A stretch of 64,000 nucleotides of DNA, taken from contig OX597830.1 in NCBI GenBank assembly GCA_951406725.2, positions 5,456,001-5,520,000 of the forward strand, in the 5' to 3' direction. A program made the translations under genes and the position numbers. Below, one piece after another: positions 55,357-64,000 of this stretch (its first letter is position 1; every line of letters begins with the position of its first letter). The notes beneath the pieces were generated by a model. It saw only the letters and a program-made list of their open reading frames with translations, did not search any database and was not told the origin of the DNA. This DNA comes from Octopus vulgaris (lineage: Eukaryota).

Positions 55357-56938
55357 TAGTTGTTGCCTAATAGGAAAAATCAATATGTTTAATATAACAA
55401 GCGGACGACGTAATAACATCGCTGTGAAAGACAATACAACGCAACTATTCTCATTTGATTCCAGAGTACAACCTTAATAAATTAGCTATTACTGTAATAT
55501 TGCAGAAATTTATAAATATTTTTCATAATAAGGTCTTTATTTGCCGAAAACAACTCCGCACCCACCAGAGCCCCTTCCTCACACACGTAAAATATATACA
55601 ACAAAAGGACAAATCAATAACGAAACAAATTAATATGGAAGACTGAACGAAAGCAAAAAAATAATGAAAGAGAAAGGAGAAAAGAAATGTGAGAAACAAA
55701 ACGGTAGACCATGAAAATGTATGGAAGTTATTTATGGTAGTGAATTTATAATTGGTTTGTAAATAAATCGAAATTCTATTTGAATTATTACATGTCATCT
55801 GAGGATTTGTATCTCGAATTTTTATTCCTATTTTTAATTGTTGAATGTTTGAATATATTTTTTGAGAAATAAGGGTCTGAGATTGTCGGTAGCATTAGTT
55901 GTGATGATGGAAGTGATGTTGGTGAAGGTGGTGACGGTGACGGTGACGGTGGTGGTGGTGGTGGTGGTGGTGGTGGGTGTTGAAATTAATGGTGGTTAGT
56001 AGTGGGTAATTGCTTGGCTGGAGTTAATTCTCCCATTTTTTTGTAAAATTTCATCTTATTCTGGTTTTTAACAAGCTTAGTAAAATAAAGCATAAAACAG
56101 TTTGTTTAGAATTTCATCAACTCCATAATGGTTAGCACTGTCAACGTTATTGTTATGATGGCCGTCGTTTTAATCACTGAATTCACCATCATAATCATGG
56201 TAACCACCACGGCCATCACCACCACCACCACCATCATCATCATCTTCAACAGCAGCAACAACACATCCATCTCCTCCATCTTCTCCTCCTACACATTATC
56301 ATCATCTTACAGCACACACTCTACGAATGACACTTCTCTCAATTCAGTACCTCACCTCATATCATTCACAATCTATACACCTCCCGAAATACATATTCTA
56401 TAGAATTACCTCCACAAAATATCACGCCCTATACTCTAAGATAATCAATATCTGATGTTATAACATATCTCCCACCATTTCACACTCTCCACCAACTCAA
56501 TATTATAAACACACCCTTTACAAAGCATAATGTATACAATCACCACCCGACACTAGGGTATAGTCCACAACTTGGACAACACAAACAGTACAGAATCACC
56601 ACCCGATACACAAACGTATAACATAATCCACATCGCACAACCGCCATCCGACTGTAAAACACTTAGCACAATCTACACAACGCCTGCTCAACGCGGTCAT
56701 CACCGACTGTGGAACATGATATAACTAAAAAAACAAAAAACATGTCCTATATAATCATCGCACGAGTGTAAAAGACATAACACTATTTTCACAAAACATA
56801 GAAATAACCTGTTGTGTCTGGGGTCAGTTATTTTCTTTTTGAGAAAATGTCTCCCCAGACACAACAGAATATGCTTCAATACACGAACTCATATAAATAA
56901 TCTTGCAAACAAAATCCAAAAACGAAATAGGAAATATT

Positions 56939-57295
56939 CGGAGTGACTGTGTGGTAAGTAGCTTGCTTACCAACTACATGGTTCCGGGTTCAGTCCAACT
57001 GCGTGGCGCCTTGGGCAAGTGTCTTCTACTATAGCCTCGGGCCGACCAAAGCCTTTTGAGTGGATTTGGTAGACGGAAACTGAAAGAATCCCGTCATATA
57101 TATGTATATATGTATATGCGTGTGTGTTTGTGTGTCTGTGTGTCCCCCCGTTACTTAGCGGTTCGGCAAAAAGAGACCGATAGAATAAGTACAGGGCTTA
57201 CAAAAGAATAAGTCCCGGGGTCGATTTGCTTGATTAAAGGCGGTGCTCCAGCATGGCCGCAGTCAAATGACTGAAACAAGTAAAAGAGTAAATGA
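56939..57295 (+). mobile_element. SINE family A, near full-length copy
   Basis: GGAGTGACTGTGTGGTAAGTAGCTTGC...CCTTGGGCAAGTGTC...GGCGGTGCTCCAGCATGGCCGCAGTCAAATGACTGAAACAAGTAAAAGAG. Confidence 0.93.
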
Positions 57296-57394
57296 GTAAT
57301 CATCACCCGATTTCGAATCTCATAACACCTTCAACACATTCGATAAACAACCATCAGCCAACGTAAAACCCATGGTAACTCATGTTGTCCATTT

Positions 57395-58190
57395 CTCCGC
57401 AGCAGATCCAGAAATTTAAAAAATGGTTGACTTTGACTTTCATCTTTTCGGAATCGATAAAATAAATTCCACTTGAGCAGCAGGGGTCGATGTTGTCGAC
57501 TTATATCTTCCCTCGAAGACTTAGCCTTTCATCTTTTAGGGGTCAATAAAATAAGTACCAGCTTAGTGCCGGGGTCGATATAATAGTCTTACCCCGTCTC
57601 CCGACATTGCTGACCTTATGCTAAAATTTGAAGCCAGTGATAAATGTGGCAAGCTGGCAGAATCGTTAGCACAATGGGCATTTGGTCTACCTTTACATTT
57701 TGAGTTCAAATTCCGTCGAGATTGGATATGTCTTTCATCTTATCGGGGTTAATAAAATAAGCAGAAGTTTTGTATTGGGATTAATGTAATTAACTAATCT
57801 CTCTCTAACTATGTCAAGCCTTGTGCTTTTGTTGTTGTTTTCGATACTAAAGTGGCGAGCTGGCACAATCGTTAGGGCGTTGCAGAAAATGCTTAGCGGA
57901 ATTTCTTACAGCTCTTTGTGCTCCGTGTTGAAATACCGCCAAGTTCAATGTTTCGTGTTAACCCTTCTGGATCGAAATAATAAATCGACTGACTCCTACT
58001 CCGAAACTTCTGGCTTGGTGCCAAAATTAGAAAACAAAGAATACGCGTTGGTCAGAATTCAAATTCCGTTGTGGTTGACATTCGAGGCCGGCAAAGCAAG
58101 ATCGTTTGAAACGCTAGTGGGGCGTTGTAATTGCCCCACCCACTCCCTGTGAAATTGCTGACCTCATACCAAAATTGGAAAGAACTATTA
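57395..58190 (+). mobile_element. Tandem cluster of about five degenerate SINE family B copies or fragments
   Basis: Recurrent CTTTCATCTTTT(C/A)GG, GGGGTCGAT, AGCTGGCAGAATCGTTAG, TTCAAATTCCG and CCAAAATT motifs. Confidence 0.8.
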
Positions 58191-58595
58191 TAAGTATTAT
58201 CATACAATATTTTGGTTATAATAATTATTATGACTGTTTGTCTATCCCTCCTCCTCCTCTTCCACACCACTCCTCCTCGCCACCAGCATCTCCATAATTA
58301 ATTGCCATGCCAGTGTCGTCAGCTTTCCATTTATCGTTCCACCTTCATTCTTAGATTCCGATGAAACGATCCGAATATTAATTCATTGTTTCCCTTGTTA
58401 AAATTAGTCGCCACACAGATGGGAAACATAGATATTGCAATGATTACCATGGTAACAAATAGATTGGATGTATTTAGAAAACGATATGAATTGATTAACC
58501 GTATCAATAACGTTGAGAGTGTGCACAATTGAAATAGACTTGTGGCAATATGTTTGACGTGGTGTGTTTATCCAGTGTCCAGCAGTTTCACTCAC

Positions 58596-58835
58596 CCAAA
58601 GCTGCATGCCATCAATGGCTTCGAGAACTTCCTTCCGAAATTGGCGACACCAAACTGTTCTCAGCGACTTATTCACAATACAGAGGTTGTTATAAACATT
58701 TCCACTGCTGACCCCGTACGACACGGGATCAAAATTCACATTAATTACATTATTTACATTATCTCTGTGTCCCTCGGCAGCAGATATGACTCTGCTTCCG
58801 TTAATTATTTCATCGAAATGCAGAATACATCGTCT
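58596..58835 (-). CDS. Candidate 240-nt internal coding exon (80 aa, RRCILHFDEIING...CRQFRKEVLEAIDGMQLW), gene unknown
   Basis: Lies within the high-complexity, non-repetitive ORF 58404-58871; bounded by CTGATTCTCCAG acceptor and TGG|GTGAGT donor; phase 0/0; the other two frames are closed. Protein family not recognised. Confidence 0.5.
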
Positions 58836-59374
58836 CTGGAGAATCAGCGAATATTTACGTCTAAGAGGCATCGGTTAGAGAGTAATACAGAGAGAGACAA
58901 AAATGAGTCTACATACCACCACCACCACCACCAATACCACCAAAGGAGAATTTCAACTTTACAGTGAAAGCTGAAAAGAGGGAAGCAGTCATCTGGTTAC
59001 TCAATCAGCTAGAAATAACAGCAGAATCTCCCATTTTCTAAAACCGTATTCTATATTAAGACTCATTTGTCACTCAAAAACTAGGATGATTTGGTAACAT
59101 GTAACATGCTGTCGCTGAGTGTTTTAGGTGCCTGTATAGTCTCGGGTGGACATAGATACCGCCTCATTTCTCATACCCTCTACCCAATGGCACATCCAGG
59201 ATGTGACAGATAGAGGAACGAATTTTACACCGGCACTTCATTGGAGTAAACTGGATCAACGCAAAATGGAATGCCTTGCTCAAGGTCAGAGTACTGCACA
59301 TTGCATGATAGAGTCTTGGATATTATAGGTTTAAACATACGACTGTCGATCTTAAGTCGGGGAAAATACTACTT

Positions 59375-59712
59375 TAAAATTGCTTAGCAGTATTTCGTCT
59401 GTGTTCATGTTCTGACTTCAAATTCCGCCGAGGTGGACTTTGCCTTTCATCCTTTCGGGGTCGATTAAATAAGTACCAGTTACGCACTGGGGTCGATATA
59501 ATCGACTTAATCCGTTTGTCTGTCCTTGTTTGTCCCCTCTGTGTGTAGCCCCTTGTGGGTAGTAAGGAAATAGGTATTTCATCTGTCTTCATGTTCTGGC
59601 ATCGGGATCGATTAATTAAGTACCAGTGAAACACTGGGGGCGATGTGTTCGACTAGTCCCCTCCCCACAAATCTGAGGTTTTGTGCATCTGTGCATCCAG
59701 TAGAAAGGGTTA
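59375..59712 (+). mobile_element. SINE family B, one well-preserved copy plus a tandem partial copy
   Basis: TGCTTAGCAGTATTTCGTC...TTCAAATTCCGCCGAGGTGGACTTTGCCTTTCATCCTTTCGGGGTCGATTAAATAAGTACCAG. Confidence 0.9.
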
Positions 59713-60488
59713 TTATCATCAAGAGCAATGTTGAAGATGGGGGTGATGTCGTTGGCATAAAAAATAATAAAAGAGTAGAAAGTGGGTGACTACAGCACCT
59801 CGCAACACCATTGGCATCAGTGACACCCTCCCACCAAAATTAGCCATTAGCACTAACTATACCGGCTGCAACAGCAGCAGTGGGAACAATTATTTAACTA
59901 AAACTACCATTCCGATCGAGAGCGCTACAAACAGATTCGACCCTGCATTCTTTGGAATTACAAGCATGGAAATGATAGCGGTAGGAAAACACATCGAAAT
60001 AGATGGAAGGAAGGTTTAGTTAAATGGTGAAACTGAGTGCGAGATATGAGGGTGATGCTGCACTGATGCACTGGGGAGGGGGACACTATGCGGTTAAAGA
60101 AATCAAAGGGAGATGTAGCTAAGCAAGTGCGATATGGGAAAATAAGCGAAATCTATCTCAGAAATCATTGCTTAGGAATATTCGACTGTCGCTAGTATCA
60201 CGTGTTATGCGCTGCATCTGAGGAAACAAACATTGACCCACGGTATGAGAATCTTCTAGCAACAAACTAAATGGACGGTCCCTGGTCAATACTGAACCAA
60301 GAAACAGGAAATATTCCCAACAAATAAACGTTGTCATAGCACCAGAAGGGAGATAACCATGGCTGTTCGTCGCCAACCTAGGAAACGGTCAGCAAGGAAC
60401 TTTTTTTTTCTACCCATCGGAAGCGTAGTGGTAATGTGCTGGCATTATTTTAATCCGACTTACAGGTAGGTTTTCTAATAATAATAAT

Positions 60489-60525
<37 letters not shown>

Positions 60526-61835
60526 CATATATATATATATGTTTATATATATATATATATGTGCGTGTATATGTATGTGTATATATATATGTGTGTGTGT
60601 GTATATATATATGTATGTATGTATATATATATATACAATTATATGTGAGTGTATACGTATATAATCTTTGTATATTCTATAATGTATATATGTATTTATT
60701 CGTGTATGTGTATAATGTGTATATATATATATACACGCGCGCACGTATTATTTTAGCTATATAAACACGTTCCTATCGTTATGTCTGTTATTTAACGTTT
60801 TATTCATAAACTAGAATTGTCAAGTTTGTAACGATTGTTGCCGACTCAGAGTGTGAACCGTCGTTAGAATGTTCTCTAAGCTAGCTGTCATTTAACAAGT
60901 TTTGAACTTTTGCACAATACATTATAATAGAAAGAATCACGGAAACCGCCGTGGGGGTTTAGGAGGGGAACCGAAGCGAAGTAGTTAGAATCGGTTAGTT
61001 GTTTGGCGGAAGTAAAAGGAAGCGATATTCTCCCCGTTCTCTCTTTTTTTTTTCTGTCATTTTCTTTTCTTGTAAATGTGATACCTGAGGGAAATATAGT
61101 TTTACGTCTGTGAATCATACCACTGAGAGCGGAAATGAAATCTAGTAACCGTTGAGGGCGGGTCTGAAATGTAATCTTGGTTAAAGTGGGTAATAGAGAG
61201 TTGATAATAGGATGTTCTTGAAGATTTTTGGGGAAAGTAAAGAGGACTGAAAAAAAAATTATGCGATTCAGGAAATACCTTATATAAAATAGGTCTTGAG
61301 CGAAAGACATTATCAAGAAAAATAAGAAAAAATAAATAAATGGAACTTGAAAGTGTTTCCGAAGCATAAGTCACGATGTGTGTGCGTGTGTATGCATGTG
61401 TGAGTGTGTTGTGCGTGTGAGTATGTGTGTCAATGTGTGTGGACATATATAAAAAAATATGTGTAAGATCTTATGCTGTAAAATTCTTGGAAATTGTGAA
61501 CTAGGAGTGGGTTGTAGGTCTAAGAGAGGACAAAGATGGGAAGAAATATATGTTTGATTTGTAGCTGCCAAAGGAAGCAGTAAAATGATGCAATATGTGT
61601 GACAAAATAACTTTTCCTTGGCATTAGCTGTTATATTCATGAGATATTCATGTGATTAGCTACGATATCACTGAGATATCGATGTATTATCTATGAAAGT
61701 GTGAAATATCACCGATCAGGAAAGGAAGCGATTAATCATAGAAAGTCTACTGTAATAAAATGTATTAAATATATTGGTTTATATCTAAATTCAGGGATGT
61801 GTGTGCGTGTCTCTCTCTCTCTACATATATATATG

Positions 61836-61886
<51 letters not shown>

Positions 61887-61942
61887 GCATACATACATAT
61901 ACATACATGCATACATATATAGATATATACACACACACAGAA

Positions 61943-61991
<49 letters not shown>

Positions 61992-62049
61992 TGTATATAT
62001 ATATATATAAATACATACATAATAGCATATACATGTATCTTTAAATTTT

Positions 62050-62415
62050 GTTTTACTTTCTTCAGTTATTAACCTGTGGCCATGCTGGGGCGTCACCTTG
62101 CAGAAAAATTAGCCGACCAAATTGACCCAAGTATTTTTCTTTAAAGCTTGACACTATCGGTTTTATTAGCCGAACCACTAAGTTACTTGGAGGTAAACAC
62201 ACCAACACCGGTTTTGGGGACAAACACACAAACATACACACACAGAAAATATGCATACAACGGATTTCTTTCAGTTTCCCTAACATCCACTCACAAGGAC
62301 TCAGTTGGCTCGAATCTATAGTGGAACTGATGCACCCATGGTGCCACACAGTTGTGCTGAACTCGTGACCATGCGGTTGGGACGCAAACTCCTACCACAT
62401 AACCATGCCTGCACC
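62050..62415 (-). mobile_element. SINE family A, diverged full-length copy
   Basis: GTGGCCATGCTGGGGCGTCACC...TTTCTTTCAGTTTCC...ATCCACTCACAAGG...GGTGCCACACAG...CCTGCACC. Confidence 0.85.
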
Positions 62416-62531
62416 TGTCGGTGGGGATGTGTATGTTAGCGTTCAGAATAACAATGATTCCATATAGTCTTGTAGGAAAATGTATGTAAAATATCAATAA
62501 ATATTATGGTAATAGCAGAAAACAAATAAGC

Positions 62532-62612
<81 letters not shown>

Positions 62613-63091
62613 CATTATTATTATTACTCTGTTGTTGAGCTTTAGCGATTAAAATGCCATATTTCATTGAATATGCGAATTAAATTTGCATACATGTATC
62701 TGTATGGTTCACTTTCGAAAAGAACTTATCTTCTTCGTTACCTATACGTAGATGTATATAATATGTGTGTGTGTGAGAGAGAGGGGGGAGACAGAGAGTA
62801 ATGTATATAAATATATATTCATATAAATATGCACATATAGATACATATATATGCATATATGTATATATGAGTATTTATATACACATGGATATATATATAT
62901 ACTTATATTTGTTTACGTTCTCAAACTTTAATTGTCACTGATGATAAAACGGTCGCAGACCGCCACGATGTTGGTTAGTGACTTCTCTCCTCAAGATCAG
63001 ACAATATTTAATATCTCGTTGGCTTCTATTATTGTCCAGGAAGACATATCCGGAAGCATCTCAGAACATATTTCTAAATAACAACGACAGA

Positions 63092-63319
<228 letters not shown>

Positions 63320-64000
63320 GTAAGAGTTAAGTTCAAACAAACAGCTTTCATTAAATCAGAAAACGACACTGCTATCAAGGAGCTTGACACAGCAGAAATC
63401 TCTAAATAGCCCGGAGGATAAACGAACGAGATGGTATACAACATGCTACTATGAAGGAAAAAATAAGAAAGGAGTATTACAAGAGAGCAAGACTCATTCT
63501 AAAAACTGAACTGCAAAAATCGCATCGAAGCCCTTAACACCCTGGCTCTTCTAGTTGTCCAATATAATTATAACACCATTAACTGGAATCTTATAGAGCT
63601 CTTGCATCTGGACAGGAAGACAAGGAAACGACTAACATCTAAGAACATGCACAACCCAAAAGTAGATGTTGATCGTCTGTACCTACCTAGAAGAAATGGG
63701 GGAAGAGGAATAATGCAGGTAGAATTGTGCTATAAGACCTCCAAAATAGCAATGAACAAGTACTTATTTAGTGTAGAGGACTGATTGGTGCGGCTTGTGA
63801 GCAAACACGAAAGCAGCAAAAGCTTGCAAATTCGTAAGGGAACTTGGCGTTAACCCTGAATTAGATGAAGAACCTGAAACGACTACCACCAAACAATCAA
63901 AACTGATCAAACAGACTACAAAAAAGAACGGGCAAAAACAAATTGAGGAGCGGTGGGGCCAGGAGCCTCTGCATGGACAGCATATATTTCAAAGTCGAAA
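63320..64000 (+). mobile_element. 5'-truncated, degenerate R4/Dong-clade LINE (RT C-terminal region); continues past the window end
   Basis: IKELD..EISK*PG, MKEKIRKEYYKRARLILKTEL, KNRIEALNTLA, INW...LDRKTRKRLT..MHNPKVDVDRLYLPRRNGGRG, ERWGQEPLHGQ. Confidence 0.88.

Noticed and set aside
58404-58871. Wnt-like or chemotactile/nAChR-like receptor assignment
   Set aside because: Lacks the Wnt ECQxQF..RWNC motif and any Cys-loop receptor WxPD or transmembrane signatures.
60158-60377. Possible upstream exon after a TTTCCTAG acceptor on the minus strand
   Set aside because: Only a weak donor and no recognisable peptide; left uncalled.

Overview
Eukaryotic, AT-rich, extremely microsatellite-dense genomic DNA. 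The repeat content (three tRNA-derived SINE families, RTE, CR1-like and R4/Dong LINE relics, mariner and maT relics, Helitron and Penelope-like fragments) looks like coleoid cephalopod DNA, most likely Octopus; this is recognition from memory, not a database result. No intact gene is visible, and nearly all ORFs in the track are translations of simple repeats. The window is probably intronic or intergenic, with two candidate minus-strand coding exons (58596-58835 and 40592-40648) of an unidentified gene. The most notable signals are: a structurally complete minimal hammerhead ribozyme at 7406-7448 (-) with several degenerate or variant relatives; an RTE LINE flanked by a ~80-bp direct repeat; a Dong/R4 LINE abutting a (TAA)n array; several foldback structures that could form dsRNA; and local templated duplications anchored in (TA)n tracts. 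All alignments and translations were done by eye.
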